Assembly: GCA_963848295.1 (NCBI GenBank) | Contig: CAWKDB010000010.1 | Span: 3,488,001 to 3,552,000 of the forward strand | Source of the DNA: an uncultured delta proteobacterium | GTDB lineage: Bacteria; Myxococcota_A; Polyangia; Haliangiales; Haliangiaceae | Length of the DNA stretch: 64,000 bases | Direction of reading: 5' to 3' | Made by a program: the position numbers and the translations under genes | Shown here: positions 46,801-58,200 of the stretch, one piece after another | Layout: the number at the start of each line of letters is the position of its first letter | How positions within the stretch are numbered: the stretch's first letter is position 1 | Notes under the pieces: generated by a model | What the model was told of the DNA's origin: nothing | What the model saw: only the letters and a program-made list of their open reading frames with translations | Databases searched by the model: none

Positions 46801-49712
46801 CGCCGACGATCCTGCTGGTCGAAGACAACCCGATCACCACCAAGCTCGTCCGCTTCACGCTCGAGAGCGAGCGGTTCGTGGTCGTCGACGCTGGCGACGG
46901 CGCCACGGCCATCCGGTGCTTTCGCGAACAACCGCCGTCGTTGGTGCTCCTCGATCTGCTGCTGCCCGACTTCGACGGTTTCGAGCTGTTAAAGCTCCTC
47001 CGCGAGCTGCCGGGTGCGGCGGATGTCCCGTTCCTCGCGTTCTCCGGGATGCTGTCGAAGTACGACGAGCAACGCCTGTCCGAAGTGGGCTTCGACGATG
47101 TCGTGACCAAGCCGATCGAGCCATCGCGCCTCGTGCAGATCGTCAAGGGCCACCTGCCTTGGAGCGAGCCGATGCCGGTCGTCGTCACGACCTCGGCGAC
47201 GAAGCTGTTGCTCCTCGCCGACGACGACGCGGTGCAACGCAAGATCGTCGCGCTCCGCTTGCAGCGTGCGGGGTTCCAGGTCGCGACCGCCTCGGACGGC
47301 CAGGACGCCCTCGAGAAAGCGCGAGCGCTCAAGCCGCACGCGATCGTCTCCGATGTCCTCATGCCGCGGCTCGATGGCTTCGGCCTGTGCATGGCGATCC
47401 GCAACGACCCAGGGCTCGCGCATACGCCGATCGTACTGATCAGCAACAGCTACCTCGATGCCGAGGACAAGACGCTCGCCCGCCGCGCCGGTGCCGACGA
47501 GATGTTGGTCCGGACTCCGGAGCTGCGCGACGTGATCGCGATCCTCAGCGCGGACCTGACAACCGCTGCGCGGACGCTGCGCACCCCCGTGCCGGTCAGC
47601 ATCGACCCCGAGCTCGAACGCGAGCGGATTCGCCGCATGATGAATCAGCTCGAGCGCCAGGCTTCGCTTCACGCCGGGCTCAATCAGCGCTGCTCGTTGC
47701 TGTCCGCCGAGCTCTCGGTGTTGAGCGGGATCTCCGAGGCGGTCGCGACCGAGGACGATCTCGAAGGCGCGCTTCACCAGATCCTCGCGGCGTGTTTCGA
47801 TGCCGGCGGAATCTCGCTCGGCACGTTGTACCTGACCTCGCCGGACGGCCTGCGCGGCGTACGGTTCGGAGTGATGGAGTCGTGGTCCGGCTCGGACATC
47901 GAGACGTTCTTCGGTCACCTCGAGATGCTCGAGGCCGCGATCTCGTCGCAGCGCCTGACCTGCGTCCCGTCGGAGGCGTTTCCCGAGGATCGCTATGCGA
48001 CGCTGCTCGAGCGCACCGGCTCGAGATCGGTCGTGATCGCGCCGCTCGGCCACAAGGGACAGGCGCTCGGTGCACTCGTCACGATGGCGCGCTCGCTCGA
48101 CGACCAGACCTCGGACCGCGTCGCGTTCTCTCAGGCGGTCGCCGGTCAGATCAGCCTGGCGCTCGCCCTCGCTCGCTCGTTCCAGGCCAAGCACGAGTCG
48201 GAGCGAACGGCGCGCGCGAACGCGACCGTGCTCCAGTCGATCCTCGACAGCATGGCCGAAGGGGTGATCGTCAGCGACGAGGCCGGAACGGTCACGCACT
48301 GGAACCACGCCGCGAACTCGATCCTCCGCCTGCCGGCAGACGTCATTCCGACGTCGGTCGTCGAACGCCCCGACTTTCCGATCGCCCGCGCGCTCCGTGG
48401 CGAGGCCGTCGATCGCGTCGAGCTCCGCCTCCACGACAAGGCGACGAACGAGGACAGCTGGCTCAGCGTCAGCGCCCGCCCGCTCGGCGATGATCCGCGC
48501 GTCGTGCACGGCGGGCTCGCCGTGTTTCGCGATGTGACGATCGAACGCGCGGCGAGCGCGCGCATGCTCGTGAACGAGCGGATGGCTTCGCTCGGGACGC
48601 TCGCGGCCGGCGTCGGGCACGAGATCAACAATCCGCTGATGGCCGTGCTCGGCAATCTCGAGATGGCGATCAACGACATCAAGCGCGCGCGACGCGAGGT
48701 CGGCGATCTCGAGGTCCTGAACGAGCTCGCCGAGGAGCTTCAGGATGCGCGCGAGGCCGCGGACCGGGTCCGCAGCATCGTCCGCGATCTCAAGTTGTTC
48801 TCGCGCACCGACGAGGAGACGTCCGGCGCGGTCGATGTCGAGCGCGTGATGGAGTCTTCGCTGCGCATGGTGTGGAACGAGATCAGGCATCGCGCGATGC
48901 TCGTGCGCGACTTCAAGCCGGTGCCGCAGGTCTTCGCGAGCGAATCCCGGCTCGGTCAGGTCCTGCTCAACTTGATCGTCAACGCCGCGCAGTCCATTCC
49001 CGAGGGCCGCGCGAATCAGAACGAGATCCGGGTCGGAACCTCGGTGATGGCCGACGGGCGCGTCCGGATCGAGGTGAGCGATACCGGCAGCGGAATGTCG
49101 CCGGAGGTCGCCGCGCAGATCTTCAACCCGTTCTTCACCACGAAGCCGATCGGCGTCGGGACCGGGCTCGGCCTGTCGATCTGTCACCAGCTGGTGAGCG
49201 CGCTCGGTGGCGAGATCATGCTCGACACCCAGCCCGGCGTCGGAACCACGTTCGCGGTGCTGTTGCACCCGATGGAGGCGCCGCAACCGCAGGCCACCGG
49301 CGGACCGATCGTGGCGCCGGCGCGCCGCCGCGGACAGGTCTTGATCATCGACGATGACGCCCTGGTCGCGAGCACGGTCCGCCGAGCACTCGGGCGAGAC
49401 CACGACGTGATCGGCCTGAACGACCCGGTCGAGGCCGCACGCCGGATCGTGAACGGCGGCGCGTTCGACGTGATCTTCTGCGATCTGATGATGCCGAACG
49501 TCACCGGGATGGATCTGTACGAGCAGATCGCGAGGCTCGCACCGGGGCAGGCGGCTCGGATGATCTTCATGACCGGTGGAGCCTTCACGACCCAGGCGCA
49601 GGACTTTCTCGATACGACGCAGAACGCCTTCATCGAGAAACCGATCAGCCTCGAGAAGCTCCGCGATCTCGTGACTGCGCGGATCCGCGCGAACGACGAG
49701 GCCGATTCGTGA
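46797..49712 (+). CDS. Hybrid kinase (REC-REC-GAF-PAS-HisKA-HATPase-REC)
   Basis: Two N-terminal receivers, GAF, PAS SMAEGVIV, AAGVGHEINNPL, FFTTK and a C-terminal REC. Confidence 0.92.
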   Translation: MTPTILLVEDNPITTKLVRFTLESERFVVVDAGDGATAIRCFREQPPSLVLLDLLLPDFDGFELLKLLRELPGAADVPFLAFSGMLSKYDEQRLSEVGFDDVVTKPIEPSRLVQIVKGHLPWSEPMPVVVTTSATKLLLLADDDAVQRKIVALRLQRAGFQVATASDGQDALEKARALKPHAIVSDVLMPRLDGFGLCMAIRNDPGLAHTPIVLISNSYLDAEDKTLARRAGADEMLVRTPELRDVIAILSADLTTAARTLRTPVPVSIDPELERERIRRMMNQLERQASLHAGLNQRCSLLSAELSVLSGISEAVATEDDLEGALHQILAACFDAGGISLGTLYLTSPDGLRGVRFGVMESWSGSDIETFFGHLEMLEAAISSQRLTCVPSEAFPEDRYATLLERTGSRSVVIAPLGHKGQALGALVTMARSLDDQTSDRVAFSQAVAGQISLALALARSFQAKHESERTARANATVLQSILDSMAEGVIVSDEAGTVTHWNHAANSILRLPADVIPTSVVERPDFPIARALRGEAVDRVELRLHDKATNEDSWLSVSARPLGDDPRVVHGGLAVFRDVTIERAASARMLVNERMASLGTLAAGVGHEINNPLMAVLGNLEMAINDIKRARREVGDLEVLNELAEELQDAREAADRVRSIVRDLKLFSRTDEETSGAVDVERVMESSLRMVWNEIRHRAMLVRDFKPVPQVFASESRLGQVLLNLIVNAAQSIPEGRANQNEIRVGTSVMADGRVRIEVSDTGSGMSPEVAAQIFNPFFTTKPIGVGTGLGLSICHQLVSALGGEIMLDTQPGVGTTFAVLLHPMEAPQPQATGGPIVAPARRRGQVLIIDDDALVASTVRRALGRDHDVIGLNDPVEAARRIVNGGAFDVIFCDLMMPNVTGMDLYEQIARLAPGQAARMIFMTGGAFTTQAQDFLDTTQNAFIEKPISLEKLRDLVTARIRANDEADS

Positions 49713-52483
49713 TCGCGCCGCGCCCGACGCTGACCGAGCAAGACCGCGCCGCGTTGCGCGCCTACTGGAAGTTCTTCGCGCAGTTTCGCGCCGGCGTCAT
49801 GGACGAGATCCGCCGGATCGCGCCGTCGATCGACGGACTCGATCGCGTCCTCGCGTTGTGCGACGACGCCAAGGACCTCAGCGCCGAGCATCGCGCGATC
49901 CACGAGGACGACTGGGCTCCGTTCGTCGACGAGCTCCACGCGCGAGGCACCGAGTACGCGCGCCGCGGGCTGCCGTACGCGGTGTGGTTCCGGCTCGCGA
50001 GCCTCGTGCGCGACCGCAACTTCGAGCTCCTTCACGAGCATCTCGGTGCGGCCGCGGACCGCGCGAGCGAGATCACGCGGGGCGTGAATCGGCTCTTCGA
50101 TCTCGGGCTCGAGGCGGTCGGTCGCGCGTATTTCGAGGCCAAGGACCAGCTCGCGCGGGAAGCGCTCGTGCGTTCGGAGCAGCAGCTCCAGCACGCCCAG
50201 AAGCTGGATGCGCTCGGGCGGCTCGCCAGCGGTGTCGCCCATGACTTCAATAACATCATCGGCGTCGTCCAGCTCAGCGCGTGCATCCTCGAGGATACGC
50301 TCGACGTCACCGACGCTCGCCGAGCCGATGCGACCGAGATCCGGCTCGCGTCAGAACGGGCCGCGAAGCTCACGCAACAGCTCCTGGCCTTGAGCCGGCA
50401 GGGAGCAGTCGCGCCGAAGCCGGTGATGATCGACGAGCTGATCGATGGGTTTCTTCCGACGCTGCGCCGGCTCGTCGGTCGGGGAGTCGAGCTCGAGCTC
50501 GAGCCCGGCGGCGTCCCCGCGGTGATCGTCGATCCCGGCCAGCTCGAGCAGGTCGTGATGAACTTCGCGGTGAATGCTCGCGACGCGATGCAGGGCAAAG
50601 GTCGAGTCGTGATCGAGAGCTCGACCGTCGATCTCGACGGAGCTGGCGCGGCGATCCACGGTCTCGCGGCGGGGCGCTATGTCGTCGTCGCGGTCACCGA
50701 CACCGGCCCGGGAGTCGACGCCGAGATCCAGAAGCGGATCTTCGAGCCGTTCTTCACGACCAAGGAGCTCGGCAAGGGCACGGGCTTGGGACTGTCGATC
50801 TCGCAGGGCATCATCGCGCAGGCCGGCGGGACGATCGAGGTCTACAGCGAGCTCGGTCACGGGACGACGTTCCGGATCTGGCTGCCGACCGCCTCGGACA
50901 CCGTCGTCGTCTCCGTCGACGACCTCCCGGTCGCGCCGCGAAAGCTGCAGCCGGTCACGATCCTCTTCGTCGACGGTCAGAGCGAGTTGCGGAGCCTCGT
51001 CTCGCGTCTGCTCCAAGCGGACGACTGCACCGTGGTCCAAGCCGCCACCGGTGCGGAGGCCCGCGGCGCGTGCGTGACCCACGACGGAGTCATCGACGTC
51101 GCGGTGATCGATGTCGCGTTGGCCGACGGCCGCGGCGACCTGCTGATCCGCGGGCTGCGCGAGCTGAGGCCGAGCCTCAAGTTCATCCTGATGTCGGGGT
51201 TTCCGGCGAGCGCGCTCGGGCCCAGCGGCGACGCGCCGGTCGAGATCCTCGCGAAGCCGTTCACGCCGCAGAGGTTGCGCGACGTGATCGCCGCGGCGAC
51301 GTCTGACGTGTGGCCGCGCCGACCCTCCGAGCCGAGTCTGCAGTCGCGCGTGTTGATCGCGGACGACGATCCGGCCCTGCGCAGGATGCTCACGCGGCTG
51401 CTCAAGCGCGCCGCGTTCGACGTCGTCGATGTCCCTTCCGGGCGCGACGCGCTCGCAGCGCTCGATGGCAAGCGCTTCGACGTCGTGCTCAGCGACATCC
51501 ACATGCCCGGCGGCGATGGGCTCGAGCTGCTGCGGTCGGTTCGCCGGATCGATCTCGACATCCCGGTGATCCTCATGAGCGGCAAGCCCGACGTGAAGAC
51601 CGCTGCCGCCGCGCTCGAGTTCGGCGCGTTCCGCTATCTCACGAAGCCGCTCGAGTCCGAAACGGTCGAGAAGATCGTGCGGCAGGCGGCGCGCGCCCAC
51701 GCGCTCGCTCGCGTCCGGCGTGAGGCGATGGCGCTCGGTGGATCCGGTCGGGTCGGGGCCGCCGATCGCGCGGGGCTCGAGGTTCGCTTCGAGCAGGCGC
51801 TCGACAAGCTCTGGATGGCGTATCAGCCGATCGTCGAAGCGCGCAGTGGCGCGCTGTTCGGCGTCGAAGCGCTGATGCGATCGCACGAACCGTCGATCCC
51901 CAACCCGATGGCGCTGCTCGATGCCGCGATGCAGCTCGCTCGCCTGCCGGCGCTCGGCCGGCGGACGCGCAACGCCGCAGGGACCGCGATCGCTGCGCGC
52001 GGCGACATCCCGTCGCTGTTCATGAACCTGCACCCCGACGACATCTTCGACGTCGACCTCATCGACGAGCATGCCGCGCTTACCCAGATCGCGTCGCGGG
52101 TCATCCTCGAGGTGACCGAGCGCGAGTCGTTGGTGACCAGCCCCGAGCTCGCGGTGCGGCTGCAGCGGTTGCGCGACCTCGGCTTCCGGATCGCGGTCGA
52201 TGATATCGGCGCGGGCTACTCCGGCCTGACGAGCTTCACCGATCTGACGCCCGAGATCGTGAAGATCGACATGTCGCTCGTCCGCTCGATCCACACGAGC
52301 ACGGTCAAGCAACGAACCGTCCGGGCGCTGTGCTCGCTGTGCCACGACATGGGGACGCTCGTCGTCGGCGAAGGCGTCGAGACGACGGAAGAGCGCGACT
52401 GCCTGCTCGAGCTCGGTTGTGACCTGTTGCAGGGCTATCTGATCGCGAGACCGTCGAGCGAGCTGCCGGGACTGATGTCGTGA
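49709..52483 (+). CDS. Globin-like sensor-HisKA-HATPase-REC-REC-EAL fusion
   Basis: N-terminal protoglobin/RsbR-like helices and VAHDFNN kinase. EAL domain has YQPI, EALMR, FMNL, EVTE, DDIGAGYS, KID, EGVE and QGY. Confidence 0.88.
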   Translation: MIAPRPTLTEQDRAALRAYWKFFAQFRAGVMDEIRRIAPSIDGLDRVLALCDDAKDLSAEHRAIHEDDWAPFVDELHARGTEYARRGLPYAVWFRLASLVRDRNFELLHEHLGAAADRASEITRGVNRLFDLGLEAVGRAYFEAKDQLAREALVRSEQQLQHAQKLDALGRLASGVAHDFNNIIGVVQLSACILEDTLDVTDARRADATEIRLASERAAKLTQQLLALSRQGAVAPKPVMIDELIDGFLPTLRRLVGRGVELELEPGGVPAVIVDPGQLEQVVMNFAVNARDAMQGKGRVVIESSTVDLDGAGAAIHGLAAGRYVVVAVTDTGPGVDAEIQKRIFEPFFTTKELGKGTGLGLSISQGIIAQAGGTIEVYSELGHGTTFRIWLPTASDTVVVSVDDLPVAPRKLQPVTILFVDGQSELRSLVSRLLQADDCTVVQAATGAEARGACVTHDGVIDVAVIDVALADGRGDLLIRGLRELRPSLKFILMSGFPASALGPSGDAPVEILAKPFTPQRLRDVIAAATSDVWPRRPSEPSLQSRVLIADDDPALRRMLTRLLKRAAFDVVDVPSGRDALAALDGKRFDVVLSDIHMPGGDGLELLRSVRRIDLDIPVILMSGKPDVKTAAAALEFGAFRYLTKPLESETVEKIVRQAARAHALARVRREAMALGGSGRVGAADRAGLEVRFEQALDKLWMAYQPIVEARSGALFGVEALMRSHEPSIPNPMALLDAAMQLARLPALGRRTRNAAGTAIAARGDIPSLFMNLHPDDIFDVDLIDEHAALTQIASRVILEVTERESLVTSPELAVRLQRLRDLGFRIAVDDIGAGYSGLTSFTDLTPEIVKIDMSLVRSIHTSTVKQRTVRALCSLCHDMGTLVVGEGVETTEERDCLLELGCDLLQGYLIARPSSELPGLMS

Positions 52484-52547
52484 CTCGAACCTGACTACTG
52501 CGTGGGAAATGGAGACGAAAGATCATGTCACCACCGTGTGAACAGCC

Positions 52548-53905
<1,358 letters not shown>

Positions 53906-53906
<1 letters not shown>

Positions 53907-54352
53907 TGCGCGGCCGTCACATCTGGGTTCTCGCCGCGCTCGCATTCTCGGCAATTCTCGTCGGCCATCGCGAGGTTGCTGCCGGTGGCGACGACGGCTT
54001 CGTCATGATCGTGAACCCGCAGCTCAAGATCACCGAGGTCGATCGCGACTTCGTCCGCGACGTCTACCTCAAGAAGGTCACCGAGTGGGATCGCGGCGGC
54101 GTGGTGCACCCGGTCGACCTCGACAGCAAGTTCCCGGCACGCGAGCGGTTCACCCACGACGTGGTGCGCAAGACGCCCGCGCAACTCCGCAGCTACTGGA
54201 ATCAGCAGGTGTTCTCCGGCAAAGGCGTGCCGCCACCGGAAGTTCAGAGCGTCACCGCCGTGGTCGATTACGTGCTCTCGAACGACGGCGCGATCGGCTA
54301 CCTGCCGGCGAACGCCGATCCCGGCGGCGCGCGCGTCGTTAGACTCAGGTAG
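53906..54352 (+). CDS. Small periplasmic PstS/PBP-like protein
   Basis: Signal peptide, MIVNP, YWNQQVFSGKGVPP and AIGYL. Coupled to the porin gene (TAATG). Confidence 0.8.
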
Positions 54353-54364
54353 CGCGTCGCGCGA

Positions 54365-54775
54365 TCAAGCCACCTGTTGGATCTGCATCGGCTCGCGGCC
54401 GATCGGTTGCGTGGGCGCCGACGCCTTCCGGTTCGACATCGTCGTGATGACGCGGATCAGCTCGTCCATCTTGAACGGCTTCGAAAGCGTCGCGTCGGCC
54501 TCGTTCGGGCCGAGATTGTCGTCTCCGGAGATCAGGATAAAGACCGGCGGATCTGCCATCCGGCGGGCCATCGCGAGCAGTTGCAGGCCGGTCACGTCGG
54601 GCATCCGGTTGTCGGACAGCACCACGTCGAACCACTCGCCCTCGCGCAACCTCCGCGCGGCCGCGACCGAATCGGTCTCGACCACCGGGTGGTGCTTGCG
54701 CAGCGCGCGCTCGAGGGCCGCCGCTACCCGCCGGTCGTCGTCGACGATCATGATCCGCAGGGTTCGGTCGGCCAT
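54365..54775 (-). CDS. Single-domain response regulator
   Basis: IVDDD, SDNRMP, ISG and SKPF. Confidence 0.88.
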   Translation of the reverse strand: MADRTLRIMIVDDDRRVAAALERALRKHHPVVETDSVAAARRLREGEWFDVVLSDNRMPDVTGLQLLAMARRMADPPVFILISGDDNLGPNEADATLSKPFKMDELIRVITTMSNRKASAPTQPIGREPMQIQQVA

Positions 54776-54920
54776 GGCGACTCGTTGTCCACGAGTCGTG
54801 CCAAGCCTCTGGCCGCGCAAGCCACGGGAACTCCACGAAGCACGCCGACCCGGCAAGACCCATGGGTCAATGTTGACGGCACCAGGTCCTTCACGCGCCA
54901 GCGACGGTCGGATTTTGCAG

Positions 54921-54992
54921 TGAGGGCGGACGGACTCGAACCGTCAACCAGCGGATTAAGAGTCCGATGCTCTACCATTGAGCTACGCCCCC
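54921..54992 (-). tRNA. tRNA-Lys (CTT)
   Basis: GGGGGCGTAGCTCAATGGTAGAGC-ATCGGA-CTCTTAA-TCCGC-TGGTT-GACGGTTCGAGTCCGTC-CGCCCTC-A. CCA is not encoded. Confidence 0.95.
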
Positions 54993-55020
54993 GATTGCTG
55001 CGCGTCTTTTTAGTTTTCAG

Positions 55021-55094
55021 TGAGTCCGGGGCGACTCGAACGCCCGACCTACGGGTTCGAAGCCCGGCGCTCTATCCATCTGAGCTACGGACCC
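55021..55094 (-). tRNA. tRNA-Arg (TCG)
   Basis: GGGTCCGTAGCTCAGATGGATAGAGC-GCCGGG-CTTCGAA-CCCGT-AGGTC-GGGCGTTCGAGTCGCCC-CGGACTC-A. CCA is not encoded. Confidence 0.93.
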
Positions 55095-55107
55095 AGTGCG
55101 GGCGAAG

Positions 55108-55137
55108 TAGATAAAGGCCTGAGTCCCCACCTGTCAA
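55108..55137 (-). promoter_or_regulatory. Probable sigma70 promoter of the tRNA pair
   Basis: Perfect TTGACA, a 17-18 nt spacer, an imperfect -10 (T)TATCTA, then a GC-rich stretch before the tRNA. Confidence 0.5.
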
Positions 55138-55271
55138 GTCACGAATACCTGTAGGTGAGCCTGTGACAGGTAGGAGACCGAGATCTTTGTCCTTCCCAGG
55201 CGAAACGCGCTTCATGTATACGTCGGGGGATGCGCGACACCCGTCGGCGCTCGCCATCGCTGGAGGCCCAC

Positions 55272-58200
55272 GTGTTCGTTCGCTCGACCAAGCTAGACGT
55301 TCTTATCTCGGCGCTGTTCGTGGTCACCACGAGCGCGTGTAGCGGTCTCACCGGTTGCGGCGCGTGCAGCGCGAGCGCGCCTCTGCCAGGCGGTTCGCTG
55401 CCGTCGAATCAAACGATCGAAGGCGGCGCGCAGATCCGCGTCACACCGGCGGGCTTCACGAAGCTCACGTCGATCCTCCCCGGCGTCATCAACAACGCGC
55501 TCGGCGCCGGCTTCTGCATCCCACACGGCAGCGTCGGCACGCCGACCGGCGGCTTCCTCGCGACCGGCGCAGAGTGGTGCGCGAAGAACGACGGTGCGTG
55601 CACGCCGGGCTGCGACGCGCAGGTGTCGCTCAACAACGTCAACGGCCTCGTGCTGAGCGTGACGAACCAGCAGACGCTCAACGTCCAGCTCTCGACCTCG
55701 CTCAACGCGACGATCCACCTGGACGGCCAGATCGTCGGTATCGGCGCCTCGTGCGACATGACCGCGACGTCGAACGACCTCGGCGGCAACTTCGACATCG
55801 CGTTCAACATCAACGCGACGACCGGAGAGCTCGGCATCTCGCTCGCCGACTTCAACAACTTCAAGCTCGACGTCAACTTCGGGAACTGCGGCCTGGTGTC
55901 GGACATCGCGAACGTCGCGACCGACATCATCAACGGCCTGCTCAACTCGTTCGTCGGCCAGCTGCTGACGCCGGTGCTCAACTCGTTCATCCAGGGCCTG
56001 CTGCCGAACCCGCTCGGCATCGAAGGCATGTTGGATGTCGGCTCGCTGCTGTCCGGCATCTCGCCCGGCACCACCGCCGAGATGGAAGCGCGGATCGTGC
56101 CAGGCGGCTACGTCGACCTCGTCGGGAATGGCATGAGCCTCGGCGTGATCACCGGCCTCAACTCCGACGCGGATCCGACGACCCGAACCGGCACACGCCC
56201 CGACGGCGTCCAGTACGCGAGCGAGCCCGCCCTGTGCGTGCCGCCGCTGCCGATTCCGCTGTTCGGCGGTGCGCCGTACAACCTGCCGCTGTCGTCGCGT
56301 AGCACGTTCTCGATGCTACCCGCCGACGAGTTCAACGGCTCGCCGGATCCCGCCGCCGATCTCGCGATGGGCATCTCGCAGACCACGCTCGACCTCGCCG
56401 GCCACCACGCGGTGACCTCGGGCGCGTTGTGCCTCGGCGTCGGGACGTCCGCGATCCCGCAGCTCAACGTCGGCGTCATCGGGTTGCTCGTGCCGTCGCT
56501 GTCGGAGCTCGATGACTCGGGCACGGCGCCGCTCCTGCTCGTGACCCGGCCACAGCGCGCACTGACGTTCACGATCGGCGACAACCAGGGCACCGACCCG
56601 GCGCTCACCATCGGGTTCTCGCACCTCGAGGTCGACTTCTACGCGTTCTTGTTCGAGCGCTACGTCCGCGCGTTCACGCTCGATCTGACGCTCAACGCCG
56701 GCATCCACCTCGACTTCGAGCAACAGCCGGGCATGCCCGCGGTGATCAAGCCGACGCTGCTCGGCATCGACGCCGCCGACGTCACGATCTCGGTGCTCAA
56801 CAGCGAGTTCGTCAAAGAGACGCCTGCCGATCTCGAGGCGGTGCTGCCGTCGGTGTTCTCGCTCGTGACGCCGCTGCTCGGCAACCTCCCGGACATCACG
56901 GTGCCGTCGTTCGCCGGGTTCTCGCTCAACAACCTATCGATCCAGAAGGTGACGACGAGCCAGGACTCGTTCCTCGCGCTGTACGCGACGCTCGGTGCAA
57001 GTGCGCCGTTCCGCGCGCTCGCCGAGCAAGAGCCGCTCGCCCAGGACGCGCTCGACAAGCTCGACGCCGACATCGCGGCCCCGCAGCCGCCGAGCACCGG
57101 CACGTCACACCTGTTGAACGTGTCGACGCCGGCTCCCGAGGTCGTGCGTGGCGCGCTCGCCGGCAAGCCCGACATGAAGCTGCCGACCGTGACGTTCGCC
57201 GCCGACCTGTACGACTCGGCGGGCCGCGAGCTCGAGTGGAACTGGAACTTCAACGGCGGTCTGTTCCATCAGTGGCAACCCGGCGGCGAGCTCGCGATCA
57301 GCGACCCGGCGTTCGCGTGGCAGGGCAAGTACACGATCGGCCTCAAGTCGCGCGTCAAGGGCGACTACCACACCGTCTCGGCGGTGACGACGACGCCGGT
57401 GATCATCGACTCGGTCGGCCCGCACGTCTACGTCGAAAAGGCGACGTGGGTCGGCGACACGTTGACGATTCCGGTCGAAGACATCGTGTCGCTCGACGCG
57501 GTTCAGGTCGCGTTCGGTCGCCCGGGCGAGATCGTGCCGGAGACCAAGTGGGAGAGCACGGCGACGATCGATCGCGCCGACGCGCAGTTGCTCGCGGTCA
57601 ACGGCGAGATCGCGGTGTTCGCGAAGGACGAAGCCGGCAATCAGACGACGACGTTCATCGCGCCGTTCCACGGCCAGGCCGGCACGACCGGTTGCGTGTG
57701 CGGCGTCGGCGGTCGGACGCCGACCACCGGTGGGCTCGTCATGGTCGGCTTCGTCGTCCTGCTCGTGCGGCGCCGCCGTAGGGGGTGGCTTCGACAAGCG
57801 GCGGCTCGCGTGATCCGTTCGCGCCAGGCGAAGATCGTCGTCACGGTCGCGATGTGGCTCGGTGTGTCCGCGGCGTTCTCGATGCAGCAGGGCTGCAGCT
57901 GCAACAAGAGCAACGGCTCGTGCGAGATGGTGTCGGATTGCAGCGATTGCCCGGCGGGCCAGCTGCCGTTCTGCATCGACAACATGTGCGTGTGCTCGGC
58001 CGATATTCCGCCGGGCCGGATCGGCGAGTACTCGCATATCGCCGCGGCGCCCGACGGCAGCGGCTGGGTCTCGGCCTACGCGTCGTCGCACGGCGACCTA
58101 GTCGTCACGCAAGTCACCGCGCCGGGTCGGATCGATGACACCGCGTGGGAGTGGGTCGACGGCGTGCCCGATGGCCCGGTGCTCGTTCCCGGCTCGATGA

